Below, piece after piece: positions 46,083 to 60,212 of a stretch of DNA of 64,000 nt. Numbering within the stretch: position 1 is the stretch's first letter; every line of letters begins with the position of its first letter. The DNA lies in assembly GCA_040437565.1 (NCBI GenBank), contig JBDOQK010000016.1, positions 434,001-498,000 on the forward strand. The letters run 5' to 3'. Both the position numbers and the translations under genes were made by a program. A model generated the notes under the pieces. The model was not told where the DNA came from and did not search any database. It saw only the letters and a list, made by a program, of their open reading frames with translations. Source of the stretch: Albugo candida. Its lineage: Eukaryota.

Positions 46083-48059
46083 TCAAGTTCCATAATCCGA
46101 CCTATTTGTCCGTTTCCCGAGCACCAAAGCCTTTTCTTGTTCCGATTGTCTACCAGCACTTTGACAACTGTTTTTTCGACCAAGATGCAAGTACACCAAC
46201 ATCCCTGCGATGAGCATCAGTCCCGACATTATAAGGGTCGTAGATATCCATGCGCCATGCTCCGATTCAAAAATCAACCGATGATTCTGCAAATTCACTC
46301 CTGCTGTATCCGCACATGATGGTGGATGCATACCACGAATACACGTACAAGTCACATTTGGACCAGCGGGACAATATCCATTTCCAGAGCAAAACGGGGT
46401 CACCGTTCCGTCTTCAATGTATGTACCCACTGATAACCAGCAATAATCAACGGATGGAGCACAAGTCGCATTTGTAAAGTCTACATTTTCTGAACATTCG
46501 GGTCCTTCATAGGCTTGATGGATGCTCGGGAACGATAATTTGCCGATAAAGGCCTCTGGATCACTCAAGCATCCGCTCTCGTTACCGTCAGCAGCGCAAT
46601 TGAATTTTGGCAGCGGCCCACCAGTGCTGCATGTGGTTTCGTCAAGTGATTTGTATAATTTGCCTCCAACATTTACGTCGATCCACTTGGAACGGGCTTC
46701 TATGATGTCCAAAATCATCTGTACCTCATCACGATAAGTTTTCGCTCCGGATTCGGTTGACACATGAGCGCATTGAAGGTCACTACTCATCCAATTGGAG
46801 CAGTGCGTGAGTTGTCGTTCGATGGGTCTCACGCTTGCTTCAACAAACTGTTGTATTGAAGCTGGACTCCATTCATTCGCACGAAGTTGTCGCCATCGCT
46901 TGGTAACAAGACCAGCAAATTTATAATTACAAAAGAGTCGCTTCCAGAATGTCGATGGCATGTACATCCAGCGCATGTTAGGATCGTTCTTCGCACCAGA
47001 TCCGTATGCAAGGTTGAAATCCCAAACGGGACCAGCATTGATAGGCTCATTACGATCTTTAAAGTAAAAAGCACTGCGTCGATACGCATCTTGATTGAGA
47101 GACATCTCGGTGTGCAAAAAGTCGTCCACGAAAGAACCAATATCAATATGGCGTTCCAATCCGTTTGGGTCCGTCATGTTATTATATAAATACTCAAACA
47201 TTCGTGGGAGCGGTCCGACTCCTGGTGTGACAAAGTAATCACGCATAGCTTGCGAAGTGGTATCTCCAGGAGGATACTGTAGAATAGGTCGTTGTCCGTA
47301 CCCATATCCTGTTTCATACTTATCCAGCAAGATATTGGGAGAATACAGTCCATATTCAAGTGGATTGATTTCCCAAGCCCAGCCCCCGTTCATTTCTTTT
47401 CTTGAACACGATGCATTCAGACGCGCCAGACCAACTCGATGTCGACCATAATCAATCTTTTCCATGGCTAAATAAATCCCCTTGTATTCGACAGTCTGGT
47501 TTTCTGCATGTCGAATAAACAGAACGACATGTCGTGTGCGCGGTGAATATCGTCCCGTACTGCGAAATAACCAGTGAGCAAGATGGTTTCGGATCAAGCT
47601 TCGATCGATAAATGGACCGTTCAGTACGAAAGTTCGACCTGGAGGGAAATCAAGCCACTCGGTCGTTTGGTTGAAAGTAACGCCGAACTGATGCTTATCG
47701 AATCTCAAACTCGATTGGCCTCGATTATGTACAAGTGCGTCCCGGGCTGTCGATTTGTTACTCATTGAAAGACAATTTCTCTCTTTGGTGTCGATTACAT
47801 CGATTACTGTCTGACGATTCTCTTTAACACAACTAAGAGATGGCAAGTGTGGTGTAACACAACTGGATAATGGAAAAGGCTGACGAGGTGATAGGATCAA
47901 TACAGGTAGCTCAAAACACGCTACAATTTGTAGGTTAGCGTCAATTCGTACATGGATTGGGATAGGAAACGTACTTTTATCGTAAGGCTGCGCTGTCACA
48001 AGAGCTTTTAATCCTAACAAAAGATGAAGCAGTACATGCGTTCTTGCGATCAAAACCAT
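46083..48059 (-). CDS. CotH kinase-family protein, tandem paralog
   Basis: Signal peptide; probable in-frame intron 47921-47974 with a GCTAAC branch site. Motifs RGQSS, NGPFIDRSLIRNHLA, YKGIYLAMEK, EMSLNQDAYRRS, GPVWDFNLAYG, EGF-like CSGNGYC...CTC...C, and a TM. Confidence 0.9.
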   Translation of the reverse strand: MVLIARTHVLLHLLLGLKALVTAQPYDKSTFPIPIHVRIDANLQIVACFELPVLILSPRQPFPLSSCVTPHLPSLSCVKENRQTVIDVIDTKERNCLSMSNKSTARDALVHNRGQSSLRFDKHQFGVTFNQTTEWLDFPPGRTFVLNGPFIDRSLIRNHLAHWLFRSTGRYSPRTRHVVLFIRHAENQTVEYKGIYLAMEKIDYGRHRVGLARLNASCSRKEMNGGWAWEINPLEYGLYSPNILLDKYETGYGYGQRPILQYPPGDTTSQAMRDYFVTPGVGPLPRMFEYLYNNMTDPNGLERHIDIGSFVDDFLHTEMSLNQDAYRRSAFYFKDRNEPINAGPVWDFNLAYGSGAKNDPNMRWMYMPSTFWKRLFCNYKFAGLVTKRWRQLRANEWSPASIQQFVEASVRPIERQLTHCSNWMSSDLQCAHVSTESGAKTYRDEVQMILDIIEARSKWIDVNVGGKLYKSLDETTCSTGGPLPKFNCAADGNESGCLSDPEAFIGKLSFPSIHQAYEGPECSENVDFTNATCAPSVDYCWLSVGTYIEDGTVTPFCSGNGYCPAGPNVTCTCIRGMHPPSCADTAGVNLQNHRLIFESEHGAWISTTLIMSGLMLIAGMLVYLHLGRKNSCQSAGRQSEQEKALVLGKRTNRSDYGT

Positions 48060-48109
48060 TTCTGCTCGTTTTTCGAAAGACAGCCGGTCTGCGAGACAGA
48101 ACACACGAA

Positions 48110-48125
48110 AAAAGTGAAAAGTGAC
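48110..48125 (-). promoter_or_regulatory. INR/FPR-like core promoter of the CotH paralog
   Basis: Minus-strand GTCACTTTTCACTTTT lies 50-65 bp upstream of ATG 48059. Confidence 0.35.
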
Positions 48126-48396
48126 AATTTGAAAGACAGAGACCCCTATGTGCTCCTCTCAACTGACCCAAAATTTTACATATTGACGCCTTTTTTGTCC
48201 GAATACCTGTCCACCACACTTTCGCTGCTGTTTATCAAATATTCTGGGTTTTAAACACTGAAATACGAGCATCAAAGGGATCAGATCAATCAGCCTTTCA
48301 GTCAAAGATACATTCGGAAAAATTTGCGAATTTTGTGCCCGTTCAAGGCTCGTCATTGTGATATTGCTACCATACAATCATATAAAGTATCAAATC

Positions 48397-50535
48397 TCAC
48401 TTGTATCTACTCAACCTCTCCAGTTGCAGAGATGCAGATTTCACTGCGAAAGTAGAAAAATGGTTTTCTGATTCGAGAAGAAAGCGCAAACAGATGAAGA
48501 AATCGTACTCGTGATTGCCGATACTTAGCTCTTCGTCGAATTGGATGTGTGGAATCATTATATTGAGCAGTTGAAATGCATCCTCAACCATAATCGTATT
48601 GCTTTTCGTCCATTCAAAATTTGAGGTCTCAGCCGCATCTTCCAATAATGTGATATAGTACTTCATGAACTGGAGCACTAGTGTGAAAAACGAAGAGCTT
48701 TCCTCCGCACGGTCGTCGCCACGAGTGTACAAAAGTACGAAACGGATGCCTGACACTGGATGATGCAGTACCAATCTGAGAAATAACGAGATTACACCTT
48801 GGAAGACCTTGGAATCTGATCCCCCAAGTATTTCAATTGCGGTTTGTGCACAAGGAGCTCCACGTTCGCTCGGAATTCGTAACAGATTTGCGCAACGGTT
48901 GAAAAACAAATTTTGTTGTGCACTTTGTTCAAACTCGTTTGGAAAGAGTGATTTGATGGTAATGAGATCTGCAAGCAATTCAAGCGCTTGTGCTCTGCTT
49001 CGAGGAAAGCTTTTTGGACCCAAGATGATATCTTGCAATATATGGCTATGGAGTAGTCGCTTGTAATCGCTCATTGGTGCTGCCTTCATTTCGTGGACGC
49101 AGTGCACCCAAGACGAGAGACATCGAAGCCCTTGATCTACAACTTGTACGGATGTGGAATGGATTTTGATGACACGACAAATGGCTTCCATTAGTTGAGC
49201 GCGCTCTTCGTGAGAAACACCATTCTTTGTATCTGTTGGGTATATATATGGATCGCGCCTCAGGCGGCTGAATGATTCGACCAAAGGATCATATGCATCC
49301 TTTTGGATCATTTCTGCACGATCATCTACAGCATCTCGAATGCCCGTGTTTGACTGGCGAAGCTTGTCTTCATCAATTTGTGAATAATCAACATTGTTGT
49401 CTTCCGCCAAAAAGTTTTGGAATATTTTGCTTTTCAAAATCACCAAACAAAGGAGACGGAAAGCGCTACTTAGGACATGAGGATCAATATCGACCCTTGA
49501 ATCAAAGTATCTGATGAAAACGGGTAGAAGAGCCACAGAACTAGAAAGCTCACCTTTCATCATCATCATTCCTAAGACTTCATAAAAGTGCTTTGCACAA
49601 TTTCTGAGAACGTTTGCCTGCATTGAAAATGTTTGATTGGAATGTTCGGTCACCCAGGACTTGAATTTTGCTTTTGCGTGCTCTGTTACTTGAGTAAATA
49701 CACTACGAGATGAGTCTTCTGGCACCAGAGAACTCGTATGCTCATTTTTGCCTGGGCATGCGTCTAACTCGACATGTGGGATATCAAAGAGTGCAAGTAA
49801 ATCTGTCGAAAAGAGAGTCATGAATGCAGTGATAAGTTCCATATTTTCCTTGTACACGAAATTAGTTGACACTATTTTCAATCTAGCTCATTGGATCGTA
49901 CCTGCATAATGATTTCGTCGATGCTTTCAAGATCAGCGGGATTAGCCTGTATTTCGGTGGCAACGATATTTTTCATTCCCGATCGATGAAGAGAATTGAT
50001 TGCTGATACGGGCTGTTGCGAAGTCTTTGCTACCCAGACATAGTTTCTGTCTACATCAGATCCGGGAGTCTGACTAGAAGATGCGAAAGAGGAATCATGT
50101 TTCCGTTTTTGTGCTTCTGCACGTTTTTTTTCAGCATCCAAACGTTGTTTTTCAATTCTTTCTTTTCTAAAAGCGCTTCTCTCGCAAGTCGATGGTTTCT
50201 TTTCTCGTTGAGTGTGCTGATACTGATTTTTGAGAAATTCAAGCTCCGAAGTAAGCCTGTGATTCTCTTTTCGTAGTATATCCTGACTCTTCTTGATTTC
50301 ATACTGCTTCTCCGCCTCTACTGTAGCGATATTGGCGCATAATTCAAAATTTTCTTCCTCAACCTGCGCAAGTTTTGATTTTATGATCTGTACCAAACCG
50401 TCCAATTCGAAATTCTTATGCTGTAATTGCTCTAATCGGTTGGTTGTCTACACCACAAGAATTAGTAAGGGTGTTGGCTAATTATCGATCTGCTGACACG
50501 CGTACAGTCATAGCGTCGAACTTTGCGTACGACAT
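48397..50535 (-). CDS. Coiled-coil plus helical-repeat protein, ATRIP/Rad26-like
   Basis: ORFs 49878-50405 and 48397-49881 join through an intron at ~49849-49900; a short first exon from ATG 50535 is tentative. The coiled coil DGLVQIIKSKLAQVE...EAEK...LTSELEF resembles the ATRIP coiled coil as recalled. Confidence 0.55.
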
Positions 50536-51874
50536 TGAAACTTTACGTCACGCTGTATCAGTAATCAGTAATCAATTAGGAGTACACAATCGATTGTCTA
50601 CAGTCCGATCTTAAGAAATGACTGAATTGAACTTCAAAAGATCCTAATTATTATTACACAGGTGCACATGATCGTGCCGATTACCAAACCTTTCGGTGGG
50701 ATAATGCATTCAATACAAGTGGGAATGAATGTCCTATCAGCAGTGACGCCTTACGAAAGTACCGCACTTGGTGGTTCGAGCAATGGATAAAATGACTGGA
50801 ACAGCCGCAAAAGCCTGTGAAAGTTTTGGTAGTTGGGAAGAAAAATTCACCTTCACCACAGCATTGTTACTGATAAAGCACGGCTGTTACAATTGGCCGA
50901 CTGTGTTTGGCTAGCTAAACCACAAAAGAAAACATGGAGTGAAAGCCCGTAACATCGATTTGACACCATCTTACATGATGCCATCTCATCCTCATGAGGT
51001 TGGATGAGTTTACATTTGCTGATGCTGTGCTGATAGGTATCGGAAGTCTACTGGATCCTTGTCTGGCGTATCGAAATAGCTTTCGGATTTTCTGCAATAC
51101 GTGGTAATGTCAAGCTTGGGCTTTATCTTGCATCCCTTCTCAATCTATCTTTGCTTTTTATTCACGGCAGTAATATAACTCCTTTTCGAATAAACTTTTC
51201 AGCTTTTCAATTAGTGCAATCGAATCGGTTGGACGATAAATCGTTAAAGATATGGCTTACTCCATTTCCTCGTCGAAAGATGACCCTACCTGACCAGCTC
51301 TTCCGTTTAAAGCTTTGGTTTAGAAAATTTGAACAATGCACAAAGCTCCTAGACTTGTCAATTCGATAAACATTCCAACCATAATATATTGCTACTACTC
51401 ACACACACACTGAGCAAATTATCGCGATTATTTTTGTATTTCAACCCGATCGCGGTACCAGCATTCCTCCTTCTTCAGGAGAGCTGCAAGTGTTCACGAG
51501 AAGCTCGTGGACAAAGCAGCCGTCAAGCAATGTTTTCGTGCAATTCATTTCAGCACTTCCGAGCACGAACTGATTTCATCCAACAAACTATGCCATCCTT
51601 CGTAGTCCTATGTATCATCCCCCTCAACCACGCCGTCCGGTTTAGACCCATCTCCCCTTCATCCGTTGTATCGATAAAGTTGTTGCCTCTTCACATATGA
51701 GAAAAAAGTTCGTTTGCGGTCCATCGCAGCAATTAAATTCTTTGGTATGATTGGCAGGAATTCGCAATCATGCTNNNNNNNNNNNNNNNNNNNNNNNNNN
51801 NNNNNNNNNNNNNNNNNNNNNNNNNNNNNNNNNNNNNNNNNNNNNNNNNNNNNNNNNNNNNNNNNNNNNNNNNN

Positions 51875-53779
<1,905 letters not shown>

Positions 53780-54982
53780 TTGGAAAAGTCTGTAACGTAA
53801 AGGGTACGAATGCTGTCAGTTGCCGATTTCGTCTGTCGAAGTCAGTCAAGGTGCATCCGGGCATGTCGTTGTATCAACCAGGCTTGATAGCATGCACACC
53901 ATCGCGATCGACGTAGCTTACTCTGTTGATTGTCGAATAGTTTACCATCCCAATTGCACGCATGTGATGTGCTGCTTATGTACCGAGTACTTTTGTAGCT
54001 GGATCCTTTCTGCCTAAAAATTGGCTTTTATAGAAACTTTTACCTCGCAGACAATCTGCATTTCGCCTGACTGCCCAAATGGGAGGGCCTTTTGCGGAGA
54101 GACTGATCTTGCTATTTACAATGAGAGCTGGAGATACGTTTACTTTATCTTTGTACGCTTCCATTCGGATTAAACTTTTGGATCTTCGCTATGCGTACGG
54201 ATCGTTTTGGTCTCTAACGCAATCGATCACCGTATGCTCTGAATATTCTTTTAGTGTATGGAGCTGTTAGCAGCTCTTGCGGCAAAACAAAAATGATACG
54301 AGATCCTTCTGAATGTGAGGTCCTTTTTGGTCAAGTCGAATTTCATTAACTACCGATTTGCCAGCATTCTGTGATTGTTATTGTTGAGAAATGTATAAGC
54401 CATTCTCTTACGAAGACAATGACACTGAGCATTTGGATTCTACACAATATTTTGTGTGTGGACGAGGACGAAGTCAGTGTCAAAATGAGCTTCACCGTGC
54501 CCGATGGAAGAAAAGAGTCATTTCTTCTGACAGAAGACCTTCTGCCTGTGTTGAAAAGAGCAAAATGAAAAGATATAGATTCTATGCTAATCAAAACATA
54601 GACACCGTCTGGACGATCACAATGTACATCTTTCGTGCAGATAAAAACGACGATTAGCAGATTACGCGTTCCAACACAATCTGTTAGCACGCAATACATG
54701 TACACTTCTTCATGTACATGCTAATGCCTCGATATTTGAAAGAATTGCACGATATAGGGCAGAGCCCCCAGCCAAATTATATTGAGTGAAAGTGATCAAA
54801 TAAGAAATGTCGACTCTCGGTGTTGTAGCGAATGTTTCTACCAACGCGCAAAAAACTCCGTATCGTAAGATTCTGCATGAATTCTTCAGCAAAAAGCGAA
54901 TATTCGGCATCTATATGTGGTTCAATAATGCCAATTCTATATCTCACTTATTGCGCATGTATGGATTTAAGATTTGTGGGTA

Positions 54983-55977
54983 CTAGAAAGTTGCGGTATC
55001 CAATCTTGTGCTGCATGAGAAGGACTCTAGAATACGGACCGCGTTAGTCGAGAAATGATTCCTTTGGGAATTTCCAACCTTAGTATCTGTCCATTGCATC
55101 ACAAACTCGAGATTCTCCGTTGCGACTCGCTCAAGCTCTCTAGAAACTTTAAGACTCTCAATAATCCTAGCCTCTTCAGTGCAAAGGTGCTCAGCTACAC
55201 TCTCTGCTTTCGACTACAACGCAGCAATTATAACATTTTAGAACAATTCAAGAATATGAATGGCATACCTTTTGTACCAGCTCCGACGTGAGTCGGCTTT
55301 TGGCATTCTCCAAAGAAATCCTCTCCTGTTCATCGCGTGCTTGGAAGCGCCTTTGAAGACTTTTTCGCTCCTGGTCACGTTGCTCTTTGTATCGATCCTT
55401 CCGATACTTATGTACAAGTTCACGATCTGTTTGGATACTTCGAAGATTGCTAGCACGTTCCGCTTTTACTTTTTCAATCGATGACATTCGATGCGTGTCG
55501 ACTATGACATAGTTTTTCTTGCGTATTTCCTTGGAATAAATCGCTTTCTCTACTCGTTAGCGTGATAGTCTCGATACTTTTTAATGTAAGCGAAAGCATA
55601 CCATTCTGTCGACCTTGTATTTGCTCCCTCAGCTCCTTGACCATTCCTTTAAACTTCTGCTTTCCTTCCAGTTCCTGAGTGCATTGTCGAAGAAGTTGTA
55701 CCCGTTGCAATGTCTTCGCTTCTTCACTGCGCAGGTAATGAAGTCGATTTTTGAGTCCGACGACTGTTTTCTGAGCTTGTTTGCGTCCTTTAATTGTTTC
55801 AAGCATCGCGTTACGTAATCTCAACGGAGCACGGTCGGCTGATAAGTTTCCAAAAGTGGCATCATATGATCCATCATATGATCCGTCTGGCTGACATGCG
55901 TTGATTTCAGAGTCCGATACATTTTCAAAAACGTCAATCTCATCGATATGATCGACAAACCAGTCGTAGAATTTCAT
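54983..55977 (-). CDS. Three-exon coiled-coil hypothetical protein
   Basis: LKNRLHYLRSEEAKTL..., EKAIYSKEIRKKN...ELVQK and SKAESVAEHLCTEEARIIESL... join in frame through GTATGC...AG introns. Confidence 0.55.
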
Positions 55978-58900
55978 CTGGGACGTTTACACATAAAAGG
56001 CTTGAGAACGACATAGTCAATATATTTTCCAGAACCTTATCAATTCGACCTATCTGGTCTTGATCTAGCTCTTCACGAGCTCTCGTGATAAGAAATGCAG
56101 CGACGTTATAGCCCATTTCTTGAAAAAGTTTATCAAGGTCGTTACATTGGACAGATCTCAGCCATCGATGGATTGTGAGTGTAATATCAAAATTGTGTCA
56201 GTGTGCTTGCTTACCGATCCGATCGAACGACTTTTTGAAATACTACGTCGAAGAGAGGGGTCTCACTGCTCGGAAGAATCGAAAAAGTTGCCATTTATAT
56301 TTGCCCTCACGTACGCAGTAATATCGGTACGATGTGCCATTTTTGTTTTGTTGACGTAACGACTCATCCAAGCGCCGACTTTTCCTCTAGCTACTCTAAC
56401 AGCTCCTGGATCAGAAGGAAGTGATTGAAAAATATGTTGTTTCAGCAATCTATCCTTTGGGATGTGGAGCATGATGAAATTGTTAGGATGCACTTCCGAA
56501 CGTGTACTCTATACCACAGATATCTGAAGCATATATTTAATCTCAACTTCGATCGTGTTCTCAAATCGGGCAGTTTGTCTCGTATGTCTACTATCTATGA
56601 AGACTGCTGCTACATTCATATGCAGCAACACTAGATCTATAATATCCTGTCCCGATGAGAGATTAGGAATAAAACAATGAGATTGATACGCTGGTCAGCT
56701 AGACCAGAGTAATCACTTCCGAGCAACATCAACTCCGTGAAAATGCAAAATGATCCCAGAAAGCGAATCAAGGACGAGACAATCGTAGGTAACAAAGAGT
56801 AGTTTAGACATAAAAAATATCACAACTGAGAAACGTGAAAGTTGGACGCAGTTGAAGTATGCGTAGGAGAATCGTAACAAAATTTTCAAATTTTAGCACA
56901 AATCAAAGAAAGAGAGCTGACATGGACACTGATCAACAAGAGCACGAGGTAACACTGCGCACAAGATCAAGAAGGAACATATGAACATGCCGGCCGCTGC
57001 AAAATGATGAAAATTTTACATCAAATCCCATGCAGGTTATAAGATGACCGACAAATTGTGTACTTTTAATGCGATCGTGAAGGAGTAGACCGAAACCGTA
57101 ATGGAATTGTGGTAGGAAAGGAAATTTGAAATGCAAGAGGCAGTTTGCCCAATTGATTGTTTTTATCGATAGACGAGCACAATGTGCTGAAACTTACCAC
57201 GATGAGTGAGTTAACTATGATTTGGATAATGTCACAAGAAAAGCTTCCCTTCAATACATATTACTCTAGTGCTCAGATCAGTTGCAGCAAGTATTTGAGG
57301 AATATTATACTTTCAAAAGCGCTCATCTGGCTCACTCACGTATCTCGAATACTTGGGAGGAAAGCCTGGTGGACATTTCCCAGTCTACCAAGGACGAATT
57401 GATTCAAAGAATCATGTGAAAAAAGTGGAACTAGAACTTTTTTTTGCGATCTGGAAAAGAGACTTTCAATCATAGAAAACACTTCGCAAACTGGACACCG
57501 CACTGCTGCTCATTTTTCTTTGATAAAGATGAAATTACTACGAAATCGTCTAAATGTACTGGATTGCATATATGAGCAAGAAACGCATTTCTTCAATCCA
57601 CGTTTTCGTCAGCACGATGCTCAATTTGACGGTGATAGCAGCTTGAAGAGGGGAAATGCTATCCATATCGTCGTGAACCGTCTCCGCCGATCTAATAAGA
57701 AAGAGAAGCATTAAGCCTTCGTCATCTCCTATAGACACTTTGGAGATCATGTGGCCTCCATGCTTTATCTACTTTGCATTGGCACATTGCTAAGAATGTC
57801 ATCGTCAATTAAAACTCTTTTTTGCGACAAAGAAATTTGAGATTTGGTAAACCTTCTCGCACCTGTGGAGATTGGTATGTGGCATTGATGCTTGAGACCG
57901 GTTGCTTATTTGCGCTCCAAATGTTTCTACATTTATACTCCGTGACAACAAGTATTCCATATTACTATACTTGTGGCCTTGGAAGCTTTATTTGCGGTAC
58001 TGCCGTAAGTATTCGCACTTGTGCAAAGGATATAGGAAGTAAAAAAGTGATATATATTGAGCGTCAATTATTTGTTCCTAGTTAGCCTTACCATATGCAT
58101 ATGGCCAGCACTTGTTGATCCTGATCCCATATGACATCCGTGAGTCAATGTCTCTCCCATCATTACCATACGTCAGCTTGGCGGCCAGTCAGATGAGGTT
58201 GACCTTAACCTGTAACAGGTCTTGCAGTCACCTCTGGTGAACTTTCATACCTGTCAGAAACAGCATCTTCTAACACAAACTGATTCAGTACACTCTTTAG
58301 ACGTTGCGCCGACATGAAATCCTACTTCTCGTACTCGACCGCTCACCTGAATGAAACTACTTTGGATGATAAAGTTGCCTTTTCGATTTCTTATAGCCAG
58401 CCACAATGTAGAAAGAAGCCTGCTGCAATTAAAACCTTCTTCAAATAAGTAGGGAAATGGACAGGGGATACGATCTTTAAATATACTTTGGACTGAAGAA
58501 ATGAAAATTAATAAAGTGCATGCATTTGGTTCGGTTTGAATGGGAGGGAGGGATCACATCTTAGGACCGATAGCGCGACTGAAACAATTCGAATGAGGAT
58601 GCGATACTCGAACATAGTTCGAGCGCTTAATCACCACCTGCATCTCACCTATTTCATCATACCGTTACACGTCCGGAACACACCTGGTAATGATTTACAA
58701 AACCTCTCAGAACGACATAATTGAGCCATTTCGTTGTCCGTTTGAGCCTCTCGATACGTATCTCGTGCAGAAATATTTTGCATGCTTAAAGTACCACTTG
58801 CAGTGCTTTCCTGTCGCACGGCAAAGTCCATCAATTTGGATTAAAAGCCGAGGTTTGCGTGCCTAGAATGTAATTACAGAAGTCTCTCGAGCAGGAAAAA

Positions 58901-59477
58901 TTTCTGCCCAAACCATGACACTGCAACTTCTCTTCATAGAGATAGTGTGCTGCTTCTTATCAACCTAGAATGGTGCCAGTATAACGGTCAGCAGCCTGGT
59001 CTGTTCATAGCGAACTTCTTCTTATCAGTGACGACCACAATCCACTACGAAGTATATTTGAGCTCGCGGTACTGTGCTACTCTAGTCAGTGAAGGGCCTC
59101 ATTTGTGTCTCTTGTAAGGTAAAGGCCATGGCGGGCTAATTTATCGAGGCAATGTTCGACCGAGATGCAATAGGATGCGATGGCCAGCGAAAGCATGCCT
59201 ATGGATGATGACAGAATAAGAGGGTGTTGCTCAAGTGTGGATTGGCTTTCTTTCCGGAATGTCTTCTCGACTTGCAGTCACCGCACAAATCTGGTTTAAG
59301 TGCCATGGTGTGCCGCTTTTATATATCGCCCCAGGAAAAAATTTGCATCTCGATTGTTAGCTTTTCCTCCTCAGTGTNNNNNNNNNNNNNNNNNNNNNNN
59401 NNNNNNNNNNNNNNNNNNNNNNNNNNNNNNNNNNNNNNNNNNNNNNNNNNNNNNNNNNNNNNNNNNNNNNNNNNNNN

Positions 59478-60212
59478 TCTCACCTATTTCATCATACCGT
59501 TACACGTCCGGAACACACCTGGTAATGATTTACAAAACCTCTCAGAACGACATAATTGAGCCATTTCGTTGTCCGTTTGAGCCTCTCGATACGTATCTCG
59601 TGCAGAAATATTTTGCATGCTTAAAGTACCACTTGCAGTGCTTTCCTGTCGCACGGCAAAGTCCATCAATTTGGATTAAAAGCCGAGGTTTGCGTGCCTA
59701 GAATGTAATTACAGAAGTCTCTCGAGCAGGAAAAATTTCTGCCCAAACCATGACACTGCAACTTCTCTTCATAGAGATAGTGTGCTGCTTCTTATCAACC
59801 TAGAATGGTGCCAGTATAACGGTCAGCAGCCTGGTCTGTTCATAGCGAACTTCTTCTTATCAGTGACGACCACAATCCACTACGAAGTATATTTGAGCTC
59901 GCGGTACTGTGCTACTCTAGTCAGTGAAGGGCCTCATTTGTGTCTCTTGTAAGGTAAAGGCCATGGCGGGCTAATTTATCGAGGCAATGTTCGACCGAGA
60001 TGCAATAGGATGCGATGGCCAGCGAAAGCATGCCTATGGATGATGACAGAATAAGAGGGTGTTGCTCAAGTGTGGATTGGCTTTCTTTCCGGAATGTCTT
60101 CTCGACTTGCAGTCACCGCACAAATCTGGTTTAAGTGCCATGGTGTGCCGCTTTTATATATCGCCCCAGGAAAAAATTTGCATCTCGATTGTTAGCTTTT
60201 CCTCCTCAGTGT
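59478..60212. repeat. Identical copy of 58643-59377 across a gap (probable assembly overlap)
   Basis: Offset 835; both copies abut the gap. Confidence 0.9.

Noticed and set aside
56000-58100. Possible multi-exon gene(s) or pseudogene fragments
   Set aside because: Some splice-like signals and short ORFs, but no recognisable domain or coherent exon chain.
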